64,000 bases of DNA from Callorhinchus milii (Eukaryota): positions 496,001-560,000 of the forward strand of contig NW_024704743.1 in NCBI RefSeq assembly GCF_018977255.1. The letters are read 5' to 3'. The position numbers and the translations under genes are program-made. Below, piece by piece: positions 10,701 to 23,886 of the stretch (its first letter is position 1; every line of letters starts with the position of its first letter). A model generated the notes under the pieces. The model saw only the letters and a list, made by a program, of their open reading frames with translations, was not told the origin of the DNA and did no database searches.

Positions 10701-11719
10701 TTGGCGATGGTGGTGTAATTACATTCTGCCAATCTGACTACAATCTGATTTCAAGTTCATGCGATCACAATCACTTCTGATGGGGGGACGTCTGAGTCCA
10801 TTGGAGAAAATCCTCCAGGTTTGTGAAGGGTATTCTGCCTTTCTCCTCTAAAAGTTTCTCCTCTTTTGCATATGCCCAATAGGACCGTGTATCCCAGTGA
10901 GCTTGAAGTTCCTGGGTTGAAGCCCAGTCTGGCACTCCGGGTCTCCTCTGCTTGTTCGGTTAAAGTTATTTTCTAGAATACTTTAGTCACCTATTGGCCA
11001 GTTGTGGAACTCTGTCACACACACACACGTGCCTGTAAATAGTCATTACACTTGATATCAATTACATGGGAAGCTTTTCCAAGACATTTCAACATCATAG
11101 ACACTTATCAGGTGAAAGCTTTATAATGCAGGAGTGAGCACGAAGACAACTCAAGCAGCTTCAGACCGATGTTGGGAATCTCCAAACAGGGAGGAAAGGA
11201 AAGGAGGGCGAATTGAAGAGTGTTGGTCGAACTCTCAAATTTCAAGACGATTTTGAAAGCAGAGAGTAGGGAAGGGATTTTGCTGATTCCAGAAAGTGGT
11301 TGAAAGGTTGGGGCTGGCTGTCCGTGGTGGGCCTGAGCGGAAGAGTGAGGAATGAGCTTCAGACCATTTAGTACCAGCAGCTCATCAGACTCGTGTCAAG
11401 GCAGTGTGCTGTAAGGTACTAACTAACTAGTTTAAGAATGAGAAAGGCTGCTGTAACTTATTCCAATGTTGCTTTAAGTGGCACACAGTCAACAGAATAA
11501 TAGTTTTTTTTAAGTGGTTGAGTGGCTCGCATGAGACACACCAAACTTTTCCCACTTTAAAATTACAGCTCCCTTCTTTAAAAGCTGCGGTTGATATCAG
11601 TCAGTCTGCTTCGAATTATGACAGTCTTAATGCGTCGGCTGCGATATGATTTTCTGTAGCCCGAGTCCCAGTTCTTGCATCAAGACAAGCTCATCGAAGG
11701 CCTATTTGCTCTTTATATT

Positions 11720-12170
11720 AATAATAATAATAATAATTCTTATATTTGATATAATGCCTCAACATATCATTGAGACATCTTAAAGTGCTTTGCAAAATAT
11801 TCTGTAAAGTGACGGTGTATTTTGTGGGATAATTGCGCCCGGCAATGTGGATCGAGTCTTTTCAGGAAAAGTCGTAAATTTTTATAAAAGGAACAACGTT
11901 CAACCAAAATAGCAATTCACCTCATTAAAGTAATTTGGCAATTGATTAATTGTTTTGTTTAAACAACCACGGCTGCTGGAAGAGACTATAATGGCTATTT
12001 AGCATCACAATCAATAGTTTGCATCTTTAGTCCATGGATAATAATCCTTGCATTTGATATAGCGCCTTATCGCGTCATTGGGATGTTTCAAAGCGCTTGA
12101 CAGAATATATTGCAAAGTGAATTGACTATATATTCTGTGGGCGAAACGTGCAGCCGATTGCGCACAGATG
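11720..12170 (-). mobile_element. Two tRNA-SINE 3' fragments (11720-11850, 12038-12170)
   Basis: Both carry the reverse tail aataat...tttgatat...gcc and the family body. Confidence 0.85.
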
Positions 12171-12469
12171 CTGGCATAAAGGTTTTGCATTAGGTAGTTT
12201 CGATACCTTTTAAGTGCTAGGGGAATTGTCTGATGTTTCAAAACAATTTAGACTGGGCTCGAGAGGGTAAAATTACACAGCAGTTTTACATCTTTTTAGC
12301 GCTCGGATTAATCTTTTCTTTTCTTGACTCTCTCAACCCTTTCTCTTGCTATTAGGATTTGCATGTTTTGATTGTCATGGTCAAAGATGCTACTCATAAC
12401 TAAATCCAGAATGTCAGTCCACTGGCGTCCACACATGCACGTTTCCCGCAGGGCTCAATAAATAAAATA

Positions 12470-12990
12470 TCAGTCGATTGGAGGATTGCTTTCCATTCCA
12501 GCGGTAATAATCCCCTTTTTTAAAAAAAAATAATAATTTGGTCACTCACTTCACGGCTGTATGTGGGGCACTGTGTGCGATTGACTGAAATAATAATCCG
12601 TGCAACGTATGTCATGGAGACCTCTCGAAGCGCTTCACAGAATATACTGTAAAGTGTAGTGACTGCATTTTGTGGCCGAAATGCGGCAGACATTTGGGCA
12701 CAGCAGTGTCCAACGAACAGCAGGGTTTGAGTGACCATATTTTTTATTTTATAGTTTATTTTAAAAGGGATTATTACCCCTGGAAAGCGATCCGTCAGTT
12801 GACTAACAACCGAGTTCCTACTTACTGCTAGGTAAACGTGGGTGTGGGTGGGTGGGTGGGGAGGTGGAGTAAGGACACTTTCCATGTTTCGCCCCAAAAA
12901 TATTGAGTCAATTCACTTTACAGTATATTCCGTGAAGGGCTTTGAGACCGAGTGATGAGATGCTATATCAAACGCTGCCGTTATTATAAT
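12470..12990. mobile_element. Nested tRNA-SINE cluster (+ 12470-12580, - 12600-12850, + 12885-12990)
   Basis: A minus-strand copy lies between two consecutive pieces of a plus-strand copy. Confidence 0.8.
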
Positions 12991-13502
12991 TTGATTTGCG
13001 AGCTGATTTGGCCTGCCTGAACTTGGAGTGTCGAAAGTGACAGCGTCTCTAATGAAATCTAACTGAGATCATCGCACATTGGGTCCCTCGTGGCTCAGTT
13101 ACCCATCAAATAAATGAATGAGTCACGGGAGGGGAGGGGGGATGATGGGGTGGCGGGAAAGAATATCACTCTGGCTTGATGCGATTCGCGAAAGCATCAA
13201 CATTTTGAAGCCCATGAGCCGCGATAGTGCAATAGTTAATGCTCCAGTGTTTACTGAGTAGTATATGACTTCTTCCACAGGATTTGCCACATGGCAAGTT
13301 TCTAATCTTGGCTGTACGCAGGCAAGGGATGAAAATAACAGGGGAGTCCTCTGCTGTGGTTGCTGCGAGTGAGTAGCATTTGCAGTTGCTGAGTGTATGT
13401 CACCTGTCAGCGTCGCCACTAAAGCAACATATATAGTGTGTGCGTGGGGTGGGGGGGGTGGGGGGGATAGAGAGAGAGAGAGAGAGAGAGAGGGAACACA
13501 AA

Positions 13503-13530
13503 ATGGCAGATTCCCAAACTCGACATTGTG
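13503..13530 (+). other. Candidate coding part of an alternative first exon (MADSQTRHC, phase 1)
   Basis: Kozak/YY1-like caaaATGGc followed 28 nt later by G|gtgagt, in unique sequence. Confidence 0.3.
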
Positions 13531-13766
13531 GTGAGTGGATTGCATTTATTGCACGCTTTAAGCAGTTTACAGGCAATCAGTCGTCCGGCACTTTTAATAA
13601 CAGAAGTTTAAAAGCATTCGTGGATGGCATGGCGCTCGCAGAAGAAAAGCAAAGTTGCCGTGCTGCCCGAGTTGCAGTTTCACAATCCGACATTTTCTAA
13701 ATTACTGAGGCCATTGGTTAAATATTTTGCAGTGGGGCGTGTGCCTGGTGTGACATCTGCGTACGG

Positions 13767-13811
13767 ATGTTGTCCAGTATGTTTAGCATAATGAAGCAGG
13801 AAGTGGGACTG
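13767..13811 (+). other. Candidate coding part of an alternative first exon (MLSSMFSIMKQEVGL, phase 0)
   Basis: Open frame up to CTG|gtgagt; reverse CCAAT (~13713) and GC box (~13733) upstream. Confidence 0.25.
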
Positions 13812-14182
13812 GTGAGTTCCAACTTGTTTTGATCACATTTGTTGTCACGGAGCCAAAGAACTGTTGAATGCACCACATTTCAGTGTTGCGCTTTCATTTT
13901 ACTGGGCGAACTAGCAAAGCTTAGTTAGTTAGTCAGACAGTCATTCTTTGCTTCTGGCTTCGACTGTCAGTTTCGTAACTTTGTTTTGTCTCTGAACAAA
14001 CGAAGCCAGTTCATGACAAGATTTTGACTGATGGGTCATCAGCATCCCTCACAAAGGAATTAAAAGGGACCCACACAGGGTTTAGCTGATGCTGATTGCA
14101 GTACAGTTTCCAGTGTTAACTTGGGAACATAAAATACAGAATGAGGAAAATCCCGTATCCCACCAGACCATGATTAATAATC

Positions 14183-14540
14183 AATAATAATAATAATAAT
14201 AATCCCTGCCTTTGATACAGCGTCTTATCACGCCGTAGAGACGTCCCAAAGCGCTTCACCGAATATACTGTAAAGTGAATTGACTGTATATTTTGTGGGT
14301 GAAACACAGCAGCCAATTGTGCACAGCAGCGTCCACAAACAGCTGTGGATTGAGTGATCAATTTATTTTTTTTAGAGCGGATTTTTACCTCCAGCGCTCA
14401 GCCAATTAACTAACAACTGGGTTCCCACTTACTGCTGGTAAACATAGCCGTGTGAAGTAGGGAATCTCGCCCTGCCGGGGAAATTGAACTCGGGTCCTCT
14501 CACTTGTGAAGCGAGCGCTCTCACCACTGAGCTACAGGAC
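14183..14540 (-). mobile_element. tRNA-SINE, full length
   Basis: (aat)n tail, body, and head ...gaactcgggtcctctcacttgtgaagcgagcgctctcaccactgagctacaggac. Confidence 0.95.
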
Positions 14541-15349
14541 CATTGCTATAAACCAACAATACTCAGCTAAAAATATACTATATCTACTCTGCATGTTATT
14601 TCCTGTAATCAACTGCAGATTATCAGGGAAATTCACAGTGACTATAAATAGCATTAGCTTTTGGATGTGGATGCATCCATTTGTGTTGCAAAGGAAGTCA
14701 AAGTGGAATAAATGTGGAGTCCTCACCCACTCTGGCAAATGCATTATAAAATTAGCGGATGAACAGCTACGATTCCAAGGCGGAAATCTCATTTTGGGAT
14801 GCTATAAACAGCTCGAGCTTTGCCCTTAGGGGCCAATAAATTATCGGAAGATCTTCATGAGATTACTGCCTCAATATCACTTGATCTGTTGCTTTCAAAA
14901 CAACACGGGTGGGGTCGTGGGGGGTGGGTGGGGAGAGAAGTGACGTTTACACAATTTTACACAGGGCTGCCATTTTAAATGTGAGTGCCTGAATGAATTA
15001 CAGTGTTATCCCCACACCAGCAGCCCGACCTGGTTTCCCGGGCAGCATGTTGAATGCTGACCACGCTGATGTTGACTAGGTGGGCCTGAGGTAACAGGCT
15101 GCATAAGGGAATCGATCGCTTGCGTGTTTTAATTGTAAAACGGGATAGAGGGAGACATTTTTACAAACCATATCCAAATCATTTCGCAGAAAAAAATATT
15201 TCTTTGTTTCAAAACAGGAGGGGGGGGCTAGACGGAGGGATGGAGGAAAAGTTTCCCTCTCTCCTCATTCATTTTAAATCCTTCTGTAATTGAATCACAA
15301 TTGCGATGTATAATTCTGCCCTGTGTTAGGGCAGGGCATGTAGGGGAAT

Positions 15350-15455
15350 ATAGAAACAGAACCTTGAAGCCCAGAAGGAGGCCATTCGGCCCATCATGCC
15401 TGTGCCGGCTCTTTGAAAGAGTTGCTAACTAGTTCTCCTCCCCCACTCTTACCCC
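15350..15455 (-). mobile_element. CR1 LINE 3' UTR
   Basis: agaaggaggccattcggcccatcatgcctgtgccggctctttgaaagag. Confidence 0.85.
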
Positions 15456-15469
15456 AAAGTCCGTCAATT

Positions 15470-15662
15470 TTCCTCGCTCCCTCCCTGTCCTCCTTCAAGG
15501 CCCAGCTCAAGACCCTACTCTTCGATCGCTCCCTCGGTCACCCTCTTACCCCCACCCTCCCTTCCAACCCTCCTGATACCAACCCCCAGCTCGGGTCCAA
15601 ATCCCTGACTTTTGGACGTCCTCCCGACATGAAAGGCGTCGTATACAGATGTCATTTGTTAT
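15470..15662 (+). mobile_element. L2 LINE 3' end
   Basis: Encodes LSSFKAQLKTLLFDRS, then cccccagctcgggtccaaatccctgact...ggacgtcctcccgacatgaaaggcg. Confidence 0.9.
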
Positions 15663-16557
15663 CAATTGAGAAGAGGCGATTTTTTTTAAAAAAAGTTTGC
15701 CTTTAGTAATTTAGGTTAAGCATTTACTTTACCTGTTTGTGTGGGTGCATTTATCATCAAATCTTGTCTTCTAACCTCATCGCATATGCAAGTGAGGCTT
15801 GTTTGCTTGTTCCCAAGGTTGCACAATTATTGCAAAATACTTATGAAATGTGAAGTGGGCAATCAAAGCTAACAAAAAAAATGTTTTCCCATGTTTTATG
15901 TCTTATTGTGCAGAAGGACAAATGAGGGCTGTTCAAGATTATACTTTTATTATACATTTAGGCATTTTTGTTTAAAGTTAAAGATGGTTGATGGACGTTC
16001 TACATCTCTTTCCTTTTTTTTCTCTCTCTCTCTCTCCCCCACCCTTCTTCCCGCCACCATTAGTTTTCCCTGGTGAAATATTTATCCCTGAGCTCATCGC
16101 AAAAGCTGACATTACTTCTGTAAATTATTTATTCCGCAGTAATGCACGTTACTGTGAAGGGTTTCACAAGATATTTTTGTCAGTCCGGAATGGCAGTGGC
16201 GAAGAATTTTCTTTCCACATCCTCTATCGGATGAAGATTACTAAAGTTTTATATCCTAGTACGGATTAAATATTAATCTTCATTGTGACAGATTCCCATC
16301 CATGCGATGAACATCGAACTTGAAGGAATTTGCGAGCTTAAGGTCATCTTTTATTTGTATGCGAAATCTCACAATTAATATATAATTTATATCACTAACA
16401 TGCCTGAGTCTGGGCACTATTGACGCGGCTTTCATTTAGCTCTGCCGCTTTGGAACTCCTCCATCTCCGCGAAGAGCAATGCTGAGAACCACTACTTTCT
16501 CAGTTTATACTCAGTTCTGTGAAGTTGGTATTATCAGGAGACCAGAAACTATCTGGC

Positions 16558-16924
16558 AATAATAATAGTAATAGTAATCCTTGCATTTCCTTAGCAAGTC
16601 ATTCAGACTTCTCACAGCTCACCACAGAATATATTGTAAAGTGAATTGACTGTGTATTTTGAGGGAGAAACGCGGCAGCCAATTGCGCACGGCGGCGTCC
16701 CCACAAACAGTTGAGTGACCAGACCAAAAAAAAACAATTTTTTTGAGGATTATTATCTCTGTAAAACAATCCGCCAAACGACGTACAACCAGAGTTCTTA
16801 CTTACTGCTATGTAAATGGGTGTGAGGAACAAGGAAACTATCTAAGGTTTGGCCCTGCCCGGGAATTGAACCCAGGTCCTCTCACTTGCGAGGCGAGTGC
16901 TCTAACCACTACCCTACAGGACTC
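16558..16924 (-). mobile_element. tRNA-SINE, near full length
   Basis: Head ...gaacccaggtcctctcacttgcgaggcgagtgctctaaccactaccctacaggactc plus body. Confidence 0.95.
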
Positions 16925-17039
16925 TCCATTTGTTCTCATGTGCATTTGCTGCTTTACAGAATGCAAATCGCAGACCCAGCGTCAGTAATCCTAATCATTG
17001 CATTTGATATAGTGCCTGTAAGGTTGCGGTTTTTCATAG

Positions 17040-17280
17040 CACCTCGGAAGAAAATGTTTGCAGTGATATGCAGGCAAACTCAGCAGATAAATCGTGCACA
17101 GCATTGTCCAACAACCATGAACAGTTTGATCTAGAGATTTATTGGCCAGAAACTCCCATCTCTTTTCACATGTTGTCATGAGATCTTTAAGCTCCACCTG
17201 AACCTTAGTTTAATGCCTCTTTCCAAATGCCATCAACAGCGCAGCATTCGGCCCGTTACTGCATTGGAGTGTGAGCTCAA
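17040..17280 (-). mobile_element. DeuSINE relic
   Basis: ttggccagaaactccc...catgagatctttaagctccacctgaaccttagtttaatgcctc is the reverse Deu domain. Confidence 0.7.
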
Positions 17281-17302
17281 GGTTCGATTATAGATTGAAA
17301 CT

Positions 17303-17470
17303 ACAATAACAACATTACATTTGTGTAGCGCCTTTCGCGTCGGAAGGATATCTCAAGGCACTGGACAGTCAGTGTTTTGGATCCGAGCTGGGGGTCGGGA
17401 TCGGGGAGGGTGGAGGGCTGATGGGGGGGTGGGTGGGGGGAGGATGGAGATCGAAGGCCTTCAGATTCGG
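17303..17470 (-). mobile_element. L2 LINE 3' end
   Basis: agcgcctttcgcgtcggaaggatatctcaaggcactggacagtcag...ggatccgagctggggg. Confidence 0.85.
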
Positions 17471-17744
17471 AGGTGAAAGTGCTAAGACAACAGCTATAGA
17501 AATAAAACAGGACTTGAATGACTTTGAACGAATCATTTGTTGTGTATTTTAGATGCAAGTGATTTGGAGTAGGTAAACTATTTACAGTGTTCATCTCCAA
17601 AACTGTAATCACTGAGCGCCAAGGGGCCTCTAGGTTTGTGCTGCTGATGGTATTTATTGCTCTCCATAACAGCATCCGACATTCGGTAGTTTTTAATGCT
17701 GAGGAGCGAGAAGTCCTGGGGTTCTGTAGTGCGGTGATTAGAGC

Positions 17745-19575
17745 ACTGTGCACAATCGGCTGCCGTGTTTCTCCCACAAAATATATGAATTCATTTTGCA
17801 GCATATTCTGTGAATCACTTTGAGACGTCTCAACGACGTGATCAGGGGCTACATCAGGTGCAAGGATCGTTATTATTATTGAGTTTTCATAACACTATAA
17901 AAAAGCTTTAAGCATTATACAGGGTAAAGGATCATCCAGGAGCTAATTTGAAGGTGTGTCTGAAGCCTAAACTTGAATCTGCTGCTGCTCTGTTGACTTT
18001 TTATCGCTCCCTCGCGAAGTGGGTTAAGATGCACGTCTTGCGATGATGCGACCTGTTTCAACCTGGCTTGTGTAACGTGTTTAGAATTGATCAGACGTGA
18101 AATCAGCGTGTAGCCAGCACCAACTGTGCCTAATAACAACAGTTTATATTTAAATAGCGCCTTTCACAAATGGAGGAGATCGCTTAAATACTTCACACAT
18201 CTGCCTGGGAGCCTAACGTCTGGGTAACGGGGAAGGGAAGCTTATAAGGGCAGTGTACCCACTCAGATTTCTTATCGAGTCAGGTCAATGATAGAATAAA
18301 TTATCTCTGCTAGCCATTATTCACATCAACTACCTCCCACCACCACCACCAAATTACATTTGTATCGCGCCTTTCACGATGAGAGGATACCAAATACCAG
18401 CGCGAAACATCCAGTGACTGATATTTCCTGTCGCACCAAGCAATTGGCTGTGTGCGTTTTGCCCGCAAAATATTCAGTCAACCCACTTTTCAATATGTTC
18501 TGTGAAGCGCTTTGAGACGTCTCAATGATGTGATAAGGCGCTGTATCAAATGCAAGCGTTATTTTTAGTATTATTTCTTGAGGTAACTCCATATCAGTCT
18601 CTGCAGGAGAACTGCAATCTCTCACTCCAGTGCTCAGTGATAATTTGCAAATGTCAATTAACATTTTTAATTTCTGCGAATGCGAAATATTGCTTTACCC
18701 CAGTGTTGGTGAAATTGCCACTTATGGGCATAATGGGATTTAGGGAGGACTGAATTGCGCTGCTCTCGACTCTGTTTAGCAGTTATATTTCCATTTTTAC
18801 GTCTCCGCTCTGCTGGGTTTGAACCATAGCAGACTGAAAATTATATGGGGGAAGCTTTATCGACTGAGCACTAAGTGCAATGAGATGCAGTATTCAATAG
18901 GGAGAAGAAAATTCAGGTGAGATAGTAATACAGTAATTGTGATGGTGTGGGCTGATTCTTCAGTGAATGTAATCATCAGCGTCCAAGGAAAAAGGCTGTT
19001 TTGTAGTCCTCTAAAGCTCTTGCATTGATCTGTCATGATTACTGCGGTTCAGCTGTTACAGCAGGAGTAGAACTGATACGATTAGGACAGGATTTATGTA
19101 ATCCCAATTATTTTAGTATCAGATAGCTGTTGAGCAGTCAATGGCTGTTTGTGTTGCCTTGAGCAGGAATATGTGCTTCTGTAATAACTTGTTGTGATGT
19201 AGTAATTGCAATCTCCTTGTTAGTACTTCTTACGCTTATATTACAATAGGGTATCATTAATCTACATATGCATATCATTGCACACACTTGCTTTGTAAAC
19301 TTCCGAACTCACAGCAATGAACTGCACTAATAACTGATCAAACGTAACCTGATTCGGACGCATTCTTTTTAAAATATAAAAACAGTGACGGTTATAAAAT
19401 CTCTATATTTTATTATGGTTACTCAATCCACGACTTTGTGTGGGACACTGCTGTGTGGAATCGACTGCCACATTTCCCCCACAAAATACGCAGTTAATCC
19501 ACTGTACAATCGAAATAGCCCGTTGAGCGCTTTGAGATGTCTCAAAGGCGATAAGATGCTGAGTCAAATGTAACT
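17745..19575 (+). mobile_element. Three separate tRNA-SINE 3' fragments (17745-17880, 18440-18575, 19410-19575)
   Basis: Each shows variants of ggctgccg...cacaaaata...tttgagacgtctcaa...; unique DNA lies between them. Confidence 0.85.
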
Positions 19576-19746
19576 ATGGTGAGTGTTAATTACACAGCAA
19601 TGGCATTTCTAAAATAAAAAGCATCTAAAAGCACGTGAGAGATTGCGTGCGAGGCAAGACGTGGTATAAAATGCAACACCTGGATCTCATGATTAAAAGC
19701 GGGAGCTTTGGGCGAATTTTTTTTTGTTTTTTTTTGTTTTGATCAG

Positions 19747-19949
19747 CCGGTATCTGACAGGCATGGAAACCAATTGCCATTCCGTGCGCACCCAAACGAC
19801 TGAGAGTTCAGCAAATGCTTTCCGTTCGCTCTCAGATGCTGACCAGTCCGTCGGGCGCTACGTAAATTGCACGTTGTTGTCTGGTCTGGAGGGTGCGCTC
19901 TCTGGCGAATGATGCCCTCCTCGCTCAAGCCCAGAGAATTTAGGCACAG
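19747..19949 (+). other. Candidate non-coding (5' UTR or lncRNA) exon, 203 nt
   Basis: Long T tract plus atcag acceptor, consensus donor CAG|gtgagt, GC-richer interior, stops in all three frames. Confidence 0.45.
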
Positions 19950-20694
19950 GTGAGTATTTGGGAAGCCAAGAGCGTGTGTATTCGGTCCCGCCAGAGTTTA
20001 ATCAGCTAAATCATACAAAAGGAACAAGGGTGATGTTTGTGCAGAGAGAAAGGTGGTAGTACTATAATTTTGCAGCCTGTTGTATTAGCCCTACCTATGC
20101 CAATGCAAACCGTTATTCAGTAGAGGAGAAGCATTGCTTTCATACTGTGGAAGAACAACGTATTGTTCAGGAAAACACCAGTGAAGTGACACAAGGCGTA
20201 TTGGTGATCAGTTCATTGCAGTCGACAACTTGGGGACGTGTTCAGCTATGTTTCAGCGCACGCTTCTCTCTCTCGTCCCAGAGAACCGACTCCCTTGGGG
20301 GTTCAGGATACACGATTATCAGGGGAGTCGGTGCTGATTGAAGTGCTTTTAGCTGCCTTAACAAAGCGCCGTCCAGCGTTTAATGAGATGCACTTTGTTA
20401 GTGTTAAAAAGCAACATTTGTAAACACGAAATAAACAAGTGTTAGGAGTTTTAAACTGTCGAACCGGATTTTTCTGGATAGCAGTGAGCGGTCTGTTTCT
20501 CTTTCAAGTCCTGCCAATGTATTTTGTGGGTGTGTCCATGGACTGTTGATGCACCCATGGCCTTGAGATTAAACTTGTGAAATGCAGCCTCGCGTTTCAA
20601 ACTCGCGGTCCAGTGTAACCTGTCCAGGATGTCGACGGGAAGTAAGAGAGAGCCAAAGATATGGGGCAAAGGCTGGCAATTGGAGTTGAGGTAC

Positions 20695-21195
20695 AGGTTG
20701 TTAAGTTGGCAGGTCGCTTTGCCGGGGGTAATAATCCCCTTTTCTTTTTAAAAATAATAATAATGTCCTCACTCAATCTATGGCTGTTTATGGGATACCG
20801 CTGTGCGCAATTGGCTGCTGCATTTCGCCCACAAAATAAGCAGTCAATTCACTTTACGTCTCAAAACGCTTCACAAAACATATCCTTATATATCATTATT
20901 GTTAAAAAATATGGTCAAGTGGAATGACTTGTGTATTTTGTGGACGAAACGTAGCATCCAATTGTGCACAACAGTGTCCCACAAACACTCGTGGATTGAG
21001 AGATCAATTTGTTTTAAAAGGGATTATTAAGCCCCGGAAAGCGATCCGCAAATCGACTAATAACCAGGTTCCTACTTAACTGCTGAGCACAGAGGCGTGT
21101 GGAGCAAGGCAACTTGCCTGAGGCTTCGCCCCCGGCCAGCAATCGAGGCTCGGTTCCTCTCACGTGCGAGGCGAGCGTGCTCACCGCTACACTGC
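20695..21195. mobile_element. Abutting inverted tRNA-SINEs (+ 20695-20860, - 20858-21195)
   Basis: Plus body runs to caattcactttac and switches directly into the minus body and head. Confidence 0.85.
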
Positions 21196-22239
21196 GCCAC
21201 TTCCTCTCTCTGCAATCTCCTGTCGGCGTTATTGTAATGCTAGTCTGCTGCTCATTCCTCGTTGGTTACGTTAAATACTGTGATCCTCTTGAGGAGACAA
21301 GTGCTCACAGTAAATCCTGGATAATGGAAAGTTACTCCCGGTTTCAGTAGGCGCCGATCAGCCACATTAATTCAAACCGAGGAAACTCATGAATTAATTC
21401 ATTGAGGAAACCACGCAGGTAGAGAGCGAGTAGTAAACTTATGGAACCGGCTCCCTGGAGAGATGGTGGCTTTGGTTCGAGAACAGATTAGACAGATTTC
21501 TGCTAGACAATAAAATCTGGGATACAGTATTTAGTTTGGGGTACGACATGTCAGGCTTCCAGATGTTTTGTCCACAAAATACACAGTCAATTCACTTTGC
21601 AGAATATTCTGCGAATCGCTCAGGTACGTCTCGATGACGTGATAAGGCGCTGCATCATTATTATTATTAATTAGTGACAGCCGTTCTGCTGTAGTGCTTT
21701 TTTAAATGTATTCCACACGGCTTTGCGTTTCGAATGTGAAGAGAATGCCCCAAATCTAAATGTTTTGATTTTTGCTGGTGGCTATCCAGTTCTGCAGTGT
21801 TTCTTTTTTAAGTTCCTTATTCTTTTGTCTTTGATGAAACACTATTTATCTCCATCACCACAGACAATTTCCTGGTTGACAAACACAGCTTCCCAACCCG
21901 CACACCCCTTCCGGCCAGTTGTGAGCTCGAGCAAATTTTACTGTATAATTGCTGCTTTGCAATCCCATTGCAGTTCAGCTGCAAAACTTTCTCTGCATTA
22001 ACTCATACTGCACCCTTCATGTTTTGAATTACTTCAGATGATAGGGGGGGAGAAAGATATATTTAAGGGTGGTGTTGACCAAAAACATGGCCAAACACAT
22101 GTTTTTTTNAAAAGGGATGAAGGGATGGAGCCTGGGATGAGAGCGTAGAGGCTGAAGGATCAACCATTGATGGTGGGATAGGGGGAGTGATCACTGGATC
22201 TGAATACTCACTGGGACAGGGACTCTTAATACCTGAAAT

Positions 22240-22620
22240 CAAGCCCTTGCCTCTCAAGCGAGAGGACCCAGGTTTGAGTGCCGGGCAGGGCGAAGCCTGA
22301 GGCAACAACAACAACAAAATTACATTTATAGAGCGCCTTTCATGTCGGGAGGACGTCCCAAAGCGCTGAACAGTCAGGTGTCGGGGCCCGAGCATGGGGG
22401 AGGGTTGGGGTAGGGGTGAGGGAAGGCAGAGAGGTGGGAGGGAGACCAAAGGCAAGTTACCTTACTCCACACGCCTCAGTCTACTTAGCAGTAGGAACCT
22501 GGTTGTTTTAGTCGATTGGCGGATTGCTTTCCCGGAATAATAATCCCTTTTTTTAAAAAAAATAGTAATTTGGTCACTCAATCCACAACTGTTTGTGGGA
22601 CACTACTGTGCGCAACTGGA
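22240..22620 (+). mobile_element. tRNA-SINE interrupted by an L2 insertion
   Basis: Head ends ...gaagcctgaggcaa and resumes aggcaagttaccttactccac at 22450. Confidence 0.9.
22306..22449 (-). mobile_element. L2 LINE 3' end with 6 bp TSD
   Basis: (caa)n tail, agcgcctttcatgtcgggaggacgtcccaaagcgctg; aggcaa at 22300-22305 and 22450-22455. Confidence 0.9.
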
Positions 22621-23886
22621 TTCTGGTAGAAGTGGGAGTCGAGATTGTCTGCTGGTTGTTGACTGGTGTGCTCAAAGGATCAGCAGTCACCTGGAAACTG
22701 AATCAGTGGACATTTTGCTGACGTATTATAATTTTAAAGATGCGATACATGGAGCCAGACTGTATTCAGTTGCTGATAAACCAGAGTACAGCATACTGTG
22801 ATTGTAATCCGCAAGCCCCTTTTTGGATCATTTTCTACGTGGAAGATTAACTGGAGATCTTGTTTTACGGGATTGCTCGCCCTAGATTATCAGAGTTGCA
22901 ATTAACTCGCATTTTGTACCTGAAGCAAATAAGTCACAGGTTGTTAATTGGAGCATCTATTAATACTCATCCAACTAACATGAAGCACCACATTGTTGCA
23001 CATAGCTTGTTGCAGCTCTTTACGATATTACTACTTCAAGTGGGTCATGTATTGTACATATGGAACTTGGCATGTTTACACAGAATTTATAAATTCTGTA
23101 ATTGGTAAAAAATCTGCTTTTGCCATCTGTTTTCAGTTTTGCGCCACTCTGCACTCCATCTTTCTAGACGCACACACACACTTTCTCACATTCTCTTTCT
23201 CTTTATCACCCTCGTTTTCCTATATATATATATAAAACAATGCAAGGATTAATATACATACATTTACACGCACAAACACACACAGCCTTCTGACCTTGCA
23301 GTCCTGAAAATAAATGAGTATTTGGCTAACCATGTATTTTCTCGAGTATTTTTATCGCAGCAGCATTGTATGTATTAGATTGCCGATGTTGTCCCATAAC
23401 ATGCCTGTAATCAGAACTGAAAAGGACAGTATAGAGCAAATACTTTACAACACAGCCCCTCCCTCCACCAATTCAAAGTGGAATCAGCATTTAATGCATT
23501 AAATTGCCCGGAACAGATTTCCTTTCTGTTCCGATTATTGCTGTCTGCCATCCATCACTACAAATGAGTAGCAAATAGCACTTGTGTTTTAACTGCTTGC
23601 AACACACCACAGTTGACACAATAATGGTAACAGGAGTATTCTGTCTCATCAGAGACCTACCAATTCCAGTTTTAGCCCGGAAGATCATTGTGTTAGAAAA
23701 TTCAGCATTCATGGAAAGATGGTGCAGATCAAATTCAGCCCATTCAGTTCGGCTGGTGTTTTTACTCCATGAGTGCCATAGGGAACTCGCCTCGCAAGTG
23801 AGAGGACCCGGGTTCGCATCCTGGGTGGAGCGAAACCTCAGGCCAGTTTCCTCACTCCGCCGCCTCTGTTTACCCAGCCATAAGTA

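Noticed and set aside
17301..17804. Longest ORF (167 aa)
   Set aside because: It spans SINE and L2 UTR sequence, has no recognisable domain and starts at a non-ATG codon.
22109..22109. Ambiguous base n (also at 29835)
   Set aside because: Assembly uncertainty next to homopolymer runs, not biology.
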